From Antedon mediterranea (lineage: Eukaryota > Animalia > Echinodermata), in the NCBI RefSeq assembly GCF_964355755.1, contig NC_092671.1:16616001-16680000 (forward strand): a stretch of DNA of 64,000 nt. The letters run 5' to 3'. A program made the position numbers and the translations under genes. The notes below the pieces were generated by a model. The model saw nothing but the letters and a program-made list of their open reading frames with translations. It did not search any database and was not told the DNA's origin. Position 1 is the first letter of the stretch, and each line of letters opens with the position of its first letter. Of this stretch, positions 39,017-51,500 are shown in pieces.

Positions 39017-42000
39017 CTATATCTCTTCGATAAGTCGTGTTGGCTTCCTTCGAAGTCGCGTGGAGCGTCGTGGAATAACCTCAGGCGATGAAGACAATCT
39101 ATGTTCCTCTTCAACCGGTTGGTTGGTGGTTGTTTGCTCTTTGTTCGCAATCGTTTCGCTCGCAATCGTTATTGGTACTGTCTGTTTAATCTTGTGTTCC
39201 AACTCGCTATGTGAAGTAGGGGTTTTACTCGCGTAAGCGTCCGCGTCTGTCGCTTTCAACTGGTCAATGTGTCTTTTCCACACTCGGCCATCCTCAACAC
39301 TAATTACGTATGATTTTGGAGCGGTACGTTCTATCACGGTACCTGGCCACCACTTTCCCTCTTGTCGGAAATCTTTCACTAATACCATTTCACCTGGGTA
39401 AAATTCTCGTAGATCTTTCGTTTTGTCGTGATGAAGCTTCTGATCACTCTGCTTGTTAAGTACCTTGTTTTCTGTACTGGGATGTAAAAGTGATACTCGC
39501 GTTCTCAACTCACGGCCCATGAATAACTTCGCTGGCGTTTGTCCCGTAGTTGCGTGTTTTGTTGTGCGATACGATAAAAGAAATCTGTCCAAACATTGTT
39601 GGAAATCCTTCCCATTAGCTCGGCTTGCCGCTAACGATCTTTTGAAAGATTGAACCATTCGTTCTGCTGCTCCGTTGCTTGCGGCGTGATAAGGTGCAAC
39701 CTTTACATGTTTCACCCCGTTTTGCTTTAAGAAGAATTCAAATTCGTCGCTAACAAATTGAGGTCCATTATCGCTTACAAGTTGAACAGGCAATCCGTAT
39801 CTACTGAACAACTCTCTCATCGCTTTGATGGTCGCTGCACTCGTCGTACTGTTCATCTGAACGACTTCTGGCCATTTCGAATATGAGTCAACCACTACTA
39901 GATAATCTCGTTTATCTTTCTGCGCATAGTCAATATGTATTCGTGTCCAAGGCTGATTTGGCCAGATCCAGGCCATCATTGGTGCTACGCTTGGTCGACT
40001 TTGTGTTTGGTGACATGCTTGACATTGCTTCACCAATCGTTCAATGTCGGAATCTATCTGGGGCCACCAGACATGACTTCGCGCAATCTCTTTCATACGC
40101 ACGATTCCGGGGTGAGCACAATGAAGCTCCTCCAGAACTGCCCCTCTGAGTTTCGGTGGAATCACTACCCTGTATCCCCACAGCAAACAGTCCTGTTCTA
40201 CACTCAATTCGTCTCTTTGGTGTAGGAATGGTTTTAGATCGTCGTCGTTTTCTGACTGCCATAAACCTGTCTGTACCATGTATAACACTTTGCTCAATAG
40301 CGGGTCTTTCCTGGTATGCTGTTGTACGTTCGTACTCGTGACTGGCAAATTGTCTAATGTATGCCCCGCTATGTTATATACTGCATCGTCTTCCCGTCCT
40401 TCGTATGGCATTGGGAGACGTGAGAGTGCGTCGGCAATTACGTTCTGTTTTCCAGGAATGAACTTTAAATCGTATTCGAACGCTGACAGCACGATTGCCC
40501 ATCGCTGTAATCTCTGTGCGGCCAGTGTCGGAATAGCTGATTTAGGTCCTAGAATGCGTTCAAGTGGCTTATGATCAGTTCTTATCGTGAATTTCCGTCC
40601 GTATAAGTATGTTCTAAACCTTTGAAGTCCAAACATGATGCTTAGGGCTTCCTTGTCTAGTTGTGCATAACCCTTTTCGTGTTTATGCAGGCTTCGCAAT
40701 GCGTACGCGATCGGTGTTTTGATATTGTTCTCGTTTACGTGGCAAATGACTGCGCCAACTCCGTATGGTGATGCGTCCGTGTATAGTTCCAGTGGTTTTA
40801 ATGGGTCATAATGCGTCAACATCATGTCTTCGCTAATAATTCGCTTTACCGCGTTAAACGCTTTACTACAGTCGACAGTCCATGACCATGGTTTGCTTCC
40901 CAACAGCTCATTCAAAGGATGTATCATCGTCGATAATCGTGGAATAAATGACGCGTGATAGTTAACTAGTCCTAGCCAGGATCTTAGTTCTGTTGCATTC
41001 TGTGGTGCTCGTGCATCCTTGATGGCTTTCACTTTATCGTTTGTCGGTTGAATTCCTGCTGCTGATAGCTTACGTCCCATGTAGACTACTTCCTTTTGTA
41101 CAAACACGCATTTCTCAGCTTTCACTCTGAGACCATACTTGTTAAATCTCTCAAATAGTTTCTCAAGATTACTAATATGCTCTTTATCAGACGCACCTGT
41201 AACAAGAACATCGTCCATGATCGCACATGTTCCTTTAAGTCCTGCTATCACCTGTTCTATGAATCGCTGCCATATGGCTGGACTGGACGAAATACCAAAC
41301 GGTAACCTCGTGTATCGATATAATCCGCGGTGCGTGTTGATCGTTACCAACTCTTGCGCCTCGTCTTCCAGTACTAACTGCTGGTACGCACATTTCAAAT
41401 CAATCTTAGAGAATCGCTTTCCACCTCCCAACTTGGTGAAAACTTCCTCTGGGGTCGGAATTGGATATTCGTCGCAATTTAAACTCGGGTTGACTGTTAC
41501 TTTATAATCTCCGCAGACACGTACCCTGCCATCGGCCTTTGGAATACATACCAATGGGGTTGCCCACTGACTAAAGTCTACCGGATAAATAACTCCTTCG
41601 TTTTGCATTCTGTCTAACTCTACCTCAACTGCGGAGCGTAGCGCAAATGGAACATTTCGAGCTTTGCAGAATTTTGGGATTGCGTTCACTTTTAGATGTA
41701 ATGTCGCTTTGTGTCCCTGAACCGTACCTAATTCCGTTCGGAAAACTTCTGGGAACTTCCGTTTGAATGACTGACCGACATCGTTATCTATTTCTACCGA
41801 ATTCTGAGCAAGCGATGGTGGAAATAATGACTTCCAGTCCAACTTAATCACTTCTAACCAGGTTCTTCCAAGCAAGGGTGGTGAGTTTCGTCGCTGTGTT
41901 CTCACTACTATCAGTGGGAGAACGTTACTCTGGCCCCTATAGTTCATGGTGACTTTAATTTCTCCTGCTATATCGAGCTTAGTACCTGTGTATGCGTGAA

Positions 42001-42860
42001 GTGTACGTTTTACTGACTTTAATGGTAGATGGCTAAGCTTGCTTTCGTAATCGTCAAAGCTAATTATCGATACTGCTGCGCCCGTATCTACTTCAAAATC
42101 AATATCTATATCATCAACTCGCATCTGTACCGTTATTGGTGGTACCGAATTGTCCTGCTTAATGCCTACGCAAAACATTGTATCTACAAAATCGTCATTA
42201 CCTTCGTCGTAATCCGGTGCTTCTACTTGCTTGATGGATTTAGGTTTATATTGTTTTGTTGATTTACTCGACTGCCTGCATTCTGATTTTAGGTGTCCTT
42301 GTTTGTTGCATTTAAAGCATGTAGCGTTTTTGTATTTACACGTATCTCTTGTATGATTGTTCATACCACAGCGGTCACATTTCTGCGTTCGTGTTAGGGT
42401 TGACGCTTGATAAGTTTTCGTAGACTTCCTGCTGTTAGACGTAACGTGGTTGATTGGCTTGTCCACATCGTGCGACATACTTTTCATATTCGCTGTTGCT
42501 GCCTCCGAGGCTATGGCTATGTCTGTTGCTTCCTTGAACGTATGGTTCTTTGTCAATAATTTCTTTTGGATGCTCTGACTTATTAGTCCACATACGAACT
42601 GATCACGCAGTGCGTTTTCCAATGCCTCTCCTTCAAAACCACAATGTATCGCCTTTTTCTTTAGATGGGATACAAATTGAGAAATAGTCTGTCCCGGTGT
42701 CTGTTTTACATTTCTGAATATAAATCGTTCAGAAATCGTTATTCGAGTAGGTTTGTAATGCTCTTTGAGCTTGGTTGTGAGCGTATCGTACGATTTTGTA
42801 CTTGGTTTATCAGGAAAACACAAATCTCGTATCGTTGTGTATCCAGTCTCTCCTAAACTA
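39017..42860 (-). CDS. Gag-Pol polyprotein (N-terminally truncated gag, 2 CCHC knuckles, PR, RT, RNase H, IN)
   Basis: CDRCGMNNHTRDTC and CFKCNKQGHLKSEC; protease FEVDTGA; RT RLPFG...IMDD; RNase H YTDASPYGVG, TDHKPL, ADALSR; integrase H-H-C-C, IHIDY, VSDNG, NGAAER. The frame extends upstream as LSSLGETGYTTIRDLCFPDKP but has no ATG. Confidence 0.92.
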
Positions 42861-44330
42861 CTGAGTGCTTTACATCAAGCCAAGTCCAGACTGCTTGGAA
42901 CATTGCGCTATCTGAGTGCTTTACATCAAGTCTAGACTGCTAGGAACATTGCGCTATCTGAGTGCTTTATATCAAGCCAAGTCTAGACTGCTTGGAACAT
43001 TGCGCTATCTGAGTGCTTTACATCAAGCCAAGTCTAGACTGCTAGGAACATTGCCCTATCTGAGTGCTTTACATCAAGTCAAGTCTAGACTGCCTGGAAC
43101 ATTGCGCAATCTGAGTGCTTTACATCAAGCCAAATCTAGACTGCTAGGAACATTGCGCTATCTGAGTGCTTTACATCAAGTCTAGACTGCTTGGAACATT
43201 GCGCTATCTGAGTGCTTTACATCAAGTCTAGACTGCTTGGAACATTGCGCTATCTGAGTGCTTTAAATCAAGCCAAGTCTAGACTGCTTGGAACATTGCG
43301 CTATCTGAGTGCTTTACATCAAGGCAAGTCCAGACTGCTTGGAACATTGCGCTATCTGAGTGCTTTACATCAAGTCTAGACTGCTTGGAACATTGCGCTA
43401 TCTGAGTGCTTTATATCAAGCCAAGTCTAGACTGCTTGGAACATTGCGCTATCTGAGTGCTTTACATCAAGCCAAGTCTAGACTGCTAGGAACATTGCGC
43501 TATCTGAGTGCTTTACATCAAGTCTAGACTGCTAGGAACATTGCGCTATCTGAGTGCTTTACATCAAGCCAAATCTAGACTGCTAGGAACATTGCACTAT
43601 CTGAGTGCTTTATATCAAGCCAAGTCTAGACTGCTTGGAACATTGCGCTATCTGAGTGCTTTACATCAAGTCTAGACTGCTTGGAACATTGCGCTATCTG
43701 AGTGCTTTACATCAAGCCAAATCTAGACTGCTAGGAACATTGCGCTATCCGAGTGCTTTATATTTTATATCAAGCCAAGTCTAGACTGCTTGGAACATTG
43801 CGCTATCTGCGTGCTTTACATCAAGTCTAGACTGCTTGGAACATTGCGCTATCTGAGTGCTTTACATCAAGCCAAGTCTAGACTGCTTGGAACATTGCGC
43901 TATCTGAGTGCTTTACATCAAGTCTAGACTGCTAGGAAAATTGCGCTATCTGAGTGCTTTATATCAAGCCAAGTCTAGACTGCTTGGAACATTGCGCTAT
44001 CTGAGTGCTTTACATCAAGCCAAATCTAGACTGCTTGGAACATTGCGCTATCCGAGTGCTTTACATCAAGTCTAGACTGCTAGGAACATTGCGCTATCTG
44101 AGTGCTTTACATCAAGTCTAGACTGCTTGGAACATTGCGCTATCTGAGTGCTTTACATCAAGTCTAGACTGCTTGGAACATTGCGCTATCTGAGTGCTTT
44201 ACATCAAGTCTAGACTGCTTGGAACATTGCGCTATCTGAGTGCTTTACATCAAGCCAAATCTAGACTGCTTGGAACATTGCGCTATCTGAGTGCTTTACA
44301 TCAAGCCAAATCTAGACTTCTTGGAACATT
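42861..44330. repeat. Tandem minisatellite array, ~30 units of 51/46 bp
   Basis: Unit CTGAGTGCTTTACATCAAG(CCAAG)TCTAGACTGCTTGGAACATTGCGCTAT. The short variant lacks 5 bp. Near-identical copies with no spacers. Confidence 0.97.
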
Positions 44331-45017
44331 CCATTAATGGGTACCAGGTATTTTTATAGTACAGTATATACATATCAAGAACTTTCTTAAAATTGTCAAA
44401 TATATAAGAAAAAATAACTCTGAAAATAATTGTAAATAAATAATATACAATACAATATTTGTAATAATTCTGTTTTTAAGTAATAATGTATTTTAAAAAA
44501 TGTATACAATACAATGTAATTATATTACGTTAAAGATGTATTGTCCCACAAAAATAAAAAATAAAGATTAATAAAATCAGACTTTTAATAGGCCATTATG
44601 TAGTTTTAACAAAGTTATTCACTTCTGTAATTATTGTTTTACTTTTTAAAAGACAAAAGGAACTTTTAATAGGCTGTCAGACCATGGAGTTGTTACAACT
44701 CCCTGGTCAGACAACAAGTTTTGGTTAAAATCAGGGAAGAGTGCCTTTTCTGATTTTAACCAAAAACTTATTGTCTGACAATTGAATCTATTAGACTTTA
44801 TATGTGATATTAAAATGACATTAAAAAAAACAATTATTTTTCGGGGGTACAATATATCTTGAATGTTTATTGCCAAATCAGGAAAATGACAGTGTAGACC
44901 TATAATATAATGCAATCTATCATGTTTTAATCAAGTGTTGAGAAATAAATGAATGTGGAATTACTTTTTATCATAATGACTCTGTCAATTTACATCAACT
45001 TTTATAGTAGTAAATAC

Positions 45018-45217
45018 GGAGCTTTCGATTTAAAGATATTTTTTTTGCCGTCGGTTTTTTCTATTATCACACCCTCCACTCCTTTTTTGTTTACTCAAAA
45101 AAAAAATTGAATAGATTTTACAGACGATGGAAAAATGACGTAAAATATAGCATAAATTATATGAGGTCGCAAAGGCTATCTAACAACTTGCCTTGGTCGT
45201 TGCAAATCAAAAGCTCC
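45018..45217. mobile_element. Small MITE
   Basis: GGAGCTTTCGATTT / AAATCAAAAGCTCC inverted termini. Confidence 0.55.
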
Positions 45218-45649
45218 TTAATAAGCGTTTTGTAATCAAATTGTTGTAGGCCTAAACAAATAAATACATATTCTACTAGTAGTTCCATGGTTATACCTAT
45301 AACAGACACAGTTTTTATTTTCGATGACTATAGATTTGAAATGACATAATTGTTACTAATTAAATTTGTTGTCAACCAAACACCGAATCAAAAAGCAAAT
45401 TTGATTTGCCTGTCAACCGCGTTTTGTGGCCTGTTAGTAGTTCCTACTTCTGTCTACACTACAAGATGTAAATACAGGTTACTGTAAGCTGAATTTCTAT
45501 AGGCCTACTGAATTAATTTTCATATTAATTAATCAATCATCGTATTGTGTAAGTATGTATATAGCACTGGAGGAAAAACATTGTTTAATAATTATTAAAT
45601 AAATGTCCTTTTATCCATTCATTCGTACTTTCGTTTAGAAGTGTGTCCA

Positions 45650-45789
45650 CAATGGCTTAACGTAGAGATCTGAGGCCCCTGGTTTAGAAACCATAAGTAG
45701 CCGTTTTACGCCTTTTTTACGTATTTTAATGCCTGTTTTTTCCCCATAAGCTTTGGACCTCTGGGTTTAGTTTAGCCGTTACGCCACTG
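45650..45789. mobile_element. Short inverted relative of the 14262-14792 hAT MITE
   Basis: CAATGGCTTAAC...GCCCCTGGTTTA and TAGCCGTTACGCCACTG match the two ends of the 14262 element in reverse; no clean TSD. Confidence 0.7.
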
Positions 45790-46059
45790 TCCACTTCGTA
45801 GTTTGTTAGTCTAAATATGAATCTCACCGACCGTTTCTATTTTCTAGATAATGTTTCGCCAATACCTTCTGTTAGTCATATCATCAGAAATATTGTCGCT
45901 TCACATTGAGGCAAGTAGATGTGGAAAAGACCTGATACAATTAAAAGTAGGTGATAAGGAAATGTGTATCAAGAAAATAGGTAAAACAAAATGCGTCAGA
46001 TTTCAACACAAAAACAGTAACGTTAGCCGCCCAAATAATATGATACCTTCGTGTTACGG

Positions 46060-46745
46060 TACGGTACGGTAACGTTACGTTCCGATACGGTATCGCCAGA
46101 TTCTGACACGGTAACGCCACGCTCTGTTACGGTAACGACGCACACTGACTCGTTACCGCCAGATACAGTAATGGCATATTCCAATACGGTAATGCGAGTC
46201 TCTGATACGGTAACGCTAGATTCTGATACAGTAACGCTATATTCTGCTATGTTACCACCAGCCTCTGATACGGTAACGGCAGTTTCTAATACGGTGCCGC
46301 TATATTCTGATACGTTACCACCAGCCTCGGATACGGTAACGCCAGTTTCTAATACGGTGCCGCTATATTCGGATACGTTACCACCAGCCTCTGATACGGT
46401 AACGGCAGTTTCTAATACGGTGCCGCTATATTCTGATACGTTGCCACCAGCCTCTGATACGGTACCGCCAGTTTCTAATACGGTGCCGCTATATTCTGAT
46501 ACGTTACCACCAGCCTCGGATACGGTAACGCCAGTTTCTAATACGGTGCCGCTATATTCGGATACGTTGCCACCAGCCTCTCATACGGTACCGCCAGTTT
46601 CTAATACGGTGCCGCTATATTCGGATACGTTACCACCAGCCTCGGATACGGTAACGCTATATGCTGATACATTACCACCAGCCTATGATACGTTGCGACC
46701 ATCCTCGGATACGGTACCGCCAGTTTCTAATACTGTTACCGATAA
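46060..46745 (+). repeat. Coding 21-bp (7-aa) tandem repeat with a 63-bp higher-order unit
   Basis: DTVTPVS-NTVPLYS-DTLPPAS cycles; DNA unit of the type TCTGATACGGTAACGCCAGTT. Confidence 0.9.
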
Positions 46746-47003
46746 TAGTGTAACGCCAGACCCGTATATATTGGCGCATTACGCATTTGAAGGTAACGTG
46801 GATGACATGTCTAGAAACGAGCGTCATGGCATCATTGTTGGCGAAGATCTGACATATGCACAAGGTGTAAATGGAAGAGCTGCTATGTTCAATGGTAATC
46901 AAATAGTCATTATTCAAGATTTTCAGCACTTCAGTTTTGGATCAAACTTCAGTGTTAGTTTCTGGTTAAAAATTAACGATATCGGAAATATTTTCTATGG
47001 TAT

Positions 47004-47590
47004 TGTAATATAATGTTGGGTTGTTGAGGTACTAATGAAAGACTCTAACTCGCTTGACTGTCGTAACACATATATTATTTATTCAGTATAATACTTCAGT
47101 ACAATATACAACTATAAGTATAGATAAGGAACGCGGAGGATCAATGATGCTGTCGGTGAGGTGTGGTGTGTGTAGGTCTGCTTCTGGAGAAGTGGTTGTA
47201 AGGTGTGTCTGGGCCCTTCTGAAACCTGGGGGTATATTGGCTCAGTTCATTTGCATAATGTCATTACATCATCTGTGAGGGTAACGATTGGTCCTAAGTT
47301 GATCCAGGGGTGTTTAAGTGGGAGTGATTAACGGTGTCATAAGGTATTTCTGTGATGGATGACACTGTCAAATCTGTACTTAAATAGTGTCGATCACTCC
47401 TGGTTTTAACGATGGGAAAGTCACAAAATTAAGCTAAGTGTTTTCTTTAGGGACTCTATTATAAACTAAATGGTCGTTAAAACATCTGGACAAACTCTCC
47501 TTTGGACTTTCTGGGTCAAGTTTGTGAACCTATTTGAATTCCGATACAAAGGTCAATTTCTTAAATATAAAAGTATATCTTTATATCACA
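47004..47590 (-). repeat. 3' LTR
   Basis: Direct repeat of 54845-55431 (offset 7841; the same 74-aa spurious ORF appears in both copies). Confidence 0.97.
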
Positions 47591-48504
47591 TCCCTCTGTT
47601 TCCCTTTTTTTTTTCTAATCTATTTAACATATAAAAATGGTTATAATAGTGGCATGCAAAATTAAAGTTATATAAAAGAAAAAAAAAACATTATTATACA
47701 TATATATGCAAAATTGAGTTAGCCAAAACCATTGACTCTGAAGTGTAACCTTATCACTTTCACTCTCTCTCTTCTCTCTCTTAAAAAAATGAAATTAAAA
47801 ATGAATTTGGTATAAAATTCGCGTAAATCAAACATAAATCAGTTAAAAATAAAATTACAAAACTTAAAAAAATAGTATGTTACATTGAACATACATCAAA
47901 TTCGTGCGACAACTTATCGCGTTCTAATGGTCTTCAAACATAAATCATCAAATTAAAACATAAAACTCAAGAAAACTGCGGCTGATTAGCCTAAAATCAA
48001 AATATCAAACTTAATCACTTAAAACTTTAAAAGAAACAAATGTGTGTGTCCCGTTGACACAAACTTATCCACAATATATCGTTATCGTCACAACTTTATC
48101 GATTTAAGCATTTATATTTACAGGTAATTACGATTTCAATCGGTCGACAAATTCGACTTTTGTACTCAATGTTAAAAAAATTACAATTAAAAGTACTAAG
48201 AAAATCTCCTGTTATTGTATATCAATTAATTAATGCTTGAGATTAACGACTCAAAGGTTCAACAAAATATTTGTTACAAAATGATTGTCGTTCTTTTCAA
48301 TATCTCAATATATCGATCATTCAAAAATTCAAAATTAATCTTCATCAAAAAAAAACTCGTTACAAAATCAATACTTAAACATAAATTCAATTCTCTTTTA
48401 ACTGAAATCACATCATTACTAAACAAATCTCATCAAATACGTAGACTATGCTATCATTTAGCAAATGTCGTAATTTAAAAATAATCTTGCAAAAAAAATT
48501 TAAA

Positions 48505-51500
48505 TCAGTAATTTGTTGCATTATACAAACGTTTTATGAATCGTTTTGGCGATCCACTTATCGGTATCTGTTTATCATTAATGATCTCTTTAATTAATTT
48601 ATCTGTATCGTTATATCTGTCAATATTCCACCAAAATTTGCGATCATTAGATTCGTGTTTTGTTTTATCAGTGTTGCGTTTGACTGAAGTCGGTTTAGAA
48701 TACGAAACTAAAACTTGGAAATGTCCTGCTTTAAATCTACCTCGGTTCAATGTCATATTTGAATCATTAGGTGCTGTCATAATTAGATTAGTTTGTTCCT
48801 TTATTTGCTCTTCTTTCATTTGGAATGGAGCTGCTAATCCCATGTTATTCTCTACACAGTCAATGTAAGGTTGCAAGTTAAGGGGTTCTACTTTAGTTGG
48901 ATGTGTAAGGGTATCTGATTGCAATTGGGCTGGTGTCCTATCATGTTCGTCTACAAATTCAACATTGATTTCGTCATTTACTACATTAATGGTGTTTTGG
49001 ATTTTATCGTTATTATCATCAGTTGGTTCATTCAACAATTGTTTAAGTTTTTGTAGATGTGTAAAATTTTTGCGTTCTTTGGGTGTTCTCATAAAACAGG
49101 GTTTCAGTCTGTTATAATTGAATACGTCGCGAAGTATTTCTCCTTTAATCGTCGCTAGGATGTAGTGTGTTCTGTCTAGTACTTCATGAATCACTAATGG
49201 TCCGACCCATTCTGCGGCGATTTTCTTTGAATTTGCCGTTAGTGATGATGATGTTGGCTTGTATAAATATACGAGTTGTCCTACTGAGTAAATTGGACAT
49301 TTTTCTAAGCGTTGGGAAATTTTTGAGTTTTGGACGTTTTGTTGTGTTCGCTGTAATTGTAGCATTGTCTGTGAAATGTTTTGAAATTTCTTCTTGAGAT
49401 GTTCAAAGTATTCTTCATAGGAATGAGACAATCCTGAAATAGGGTTAAATGCTAATGAGGTCAAACTTGGAGGTTGGCGGCCAAAAACTAATTCGTAAGG
49501 GGAGTGGTTTCCTAGATGTGGGGATGAAAACGAGTTATAGGCATAACATGTTGTTGATACAAATCTAACCCAATCTGTTCCGAATTGGTTAAGGTTGACC
49601 TTTAACAGGTCCGATACGGTGCGGATATGACGTTCAACTTGTAAACTACCGTGATTGTGGACGCTGATGATTTTCCTATCAATATTAAGGGTGTTACATA
49701 ATAGTGTTAATAATTTTCCTGTAAGGGAGGTTGCTGCATCTGAAATAAGACGAGATGGGGGTCCAAAAATACTGATGACCTTTTGAATTAGTGCTTCACA
49801 AATTGTTTCGGCATCAATGGATTTCAAAGGTACACAAATCAAAAATCTAGTTATCTCATCACATACTACCATAATATGTTTAAAACCTGAAGGTGATGTT
49901 GGCATACTCTTAAAATCTAGACTGAGTGTATGAAAGGGACGGTAAGTTGCTGGTACTCGATCGTGTAAAGGACGTAATTTATCGGTTTTGGGACGAAATT
50001 GTTGACATCTAAGACACGCTTGGGTATAATTGTTGACTTTCTCGAACATAAGGGGCATGTAAAATAATTTCCTAATGGTAAGGTAAGTACGCATCGTACC
50101 TTGGTGGCTACTTAACAAATTGTCGTGATACTGAGAAATAACAGTCTCTGCTAAGTTTTCAGGAACAGCTAATTGCAATACAAATTCTCCACCTTTATCT
50201 TGGAAAAATAAACGGAATAGTAAACCGTTGCACAATATGTACTGCTCTGACTTATTCTGAACTGCACGAGCTGCTTTCTTATCAGCTGGAAGGATATCAT
50301 GAACTAAATAATCGTAAACTGGCTTAAAAAATGGTGAAGTTTCTTGTTCAACGCGTAATTGTTTAACATCTACTGGGAGGTTATAATCTCTAATTATCTT
50401 TCTTTGAATAACATCCATTAATCTATCTAAGTCTTGTTGTTTTGGGATGTGTGCTGACTTAAATTCAGTTATGTTTGGTACTAGTGGTTTGGGCGATGTA
50501 TACAATTCAACTGGTACATTTCGATGTGTAGTGTCTTTGCTTTGTTTATTTTTGTCTACTAGTCGTTCCTCTGGAGGTTGTCGAATGTTTACATTACGTA
50601 TTGGGGGTGGTGTTGCGATAGGTGGCGTTATGATAGGCGGTGATCGATGTGCGTTTGTTTGTTGTCTCGTGATTATCTGTGGTGTAGTGGAAGGTTGAGG
50701 TGTAGGTCGCGTGTTTGTTGTCACTGGGTTTTGATTAATGACAGGCGTTTGTTTGGGTTTGGGTTTATGTAGGTCAGGTATATTTATTCCCATTTTCTTG
50801 GCGTATGACCTTGTTACTGGTCTGCTAGTAGATGTGTTTGTAATCGGGTTAAGAGATTCAGTCTCTGTAATATTAAATGCAATGGGTACAACTTGATCAA
50901 TTTCGGAATCGTCATCACGAGGGGCTCGGGAGAGGAAATCTGCTAAAACTAATTCAGTTCCTTTCTTATAACCAATTTGGAAAATGTATCCGGACAATCG
51001 TAATATTAGTTTCTGTAAACGGGGTGTACATGGCTGATCTTTTGAATTCCAAATTTGTACAATTGCTGAGTGGTCTACGAATGCATCAAATTCGCAACCC
51101 TTTAGTAAGTGTCGAAATGCTGAAACGTTAATGTAAAGTCCAAATAACTCTAATTCTGTGACGCTATATCGTTGACAGGCTTGTGGTAAGATTTTGGAAT
51201 AATAACCTATTATGTGTTCTTTACCGTTTACTGTTTGTGTTAAATATGAACCTGTTGCGGTTCTTGAAGTGTCGCTATATAGCGTAAATCTACCTTCTTT
51301 TCTAGGCATTTGAAGAGTTGGTGGTTTAACCATTAATTGTTTAATTTCGTCAAATGCTTTCTGGTGTTCAGTAGACCAACAAAATTTTCGGCGTTTGCTT
51401 GCGAGTGTGTGTAACGGACGTAAAATTGATTGTATTTGAGGGAAAAAATGGGATACATAATTTACTGCACCAATAAATCGTTTAGTTTCTTTATGGGTTC

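Larger units (their letters stand above)
38599..42860 (-). mobile_element. Ty3/gypsy LTR retrotransposon, Mag/K02A2.6-like, 5'-truncated (only the 3' LTR is present)
   Basis: Single gag-pol ORF. On the minus strand a polypurine tract AAGAAAGGAGGAG (38786-38774) is followed by a TGT...ACA segment (38773-38599) taken as the 3' LTR. No 5' LTR or PBS is seen; gag runs directly into a tandem array at 42861. Confidence 0.9.

Noticed and set aside
39453-42856. Plus-strand ORFs over the Mag-like element (and likewise over 48536-53841)
   Set aside because: Antisense shadows of gag/pol.
42861-44330. CRISPR-like array next to an RT/integrase
   Set aside because: Units are contiguous with no unique spacers, there are no cas genes, and the context is eukaryotic; it is a minisatellite.
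47054-47278. 74-aa ORF duplicated at 54895-55119
   Set aside because: It lies in the LTRs, starts at TTG and has no recognisable motif.
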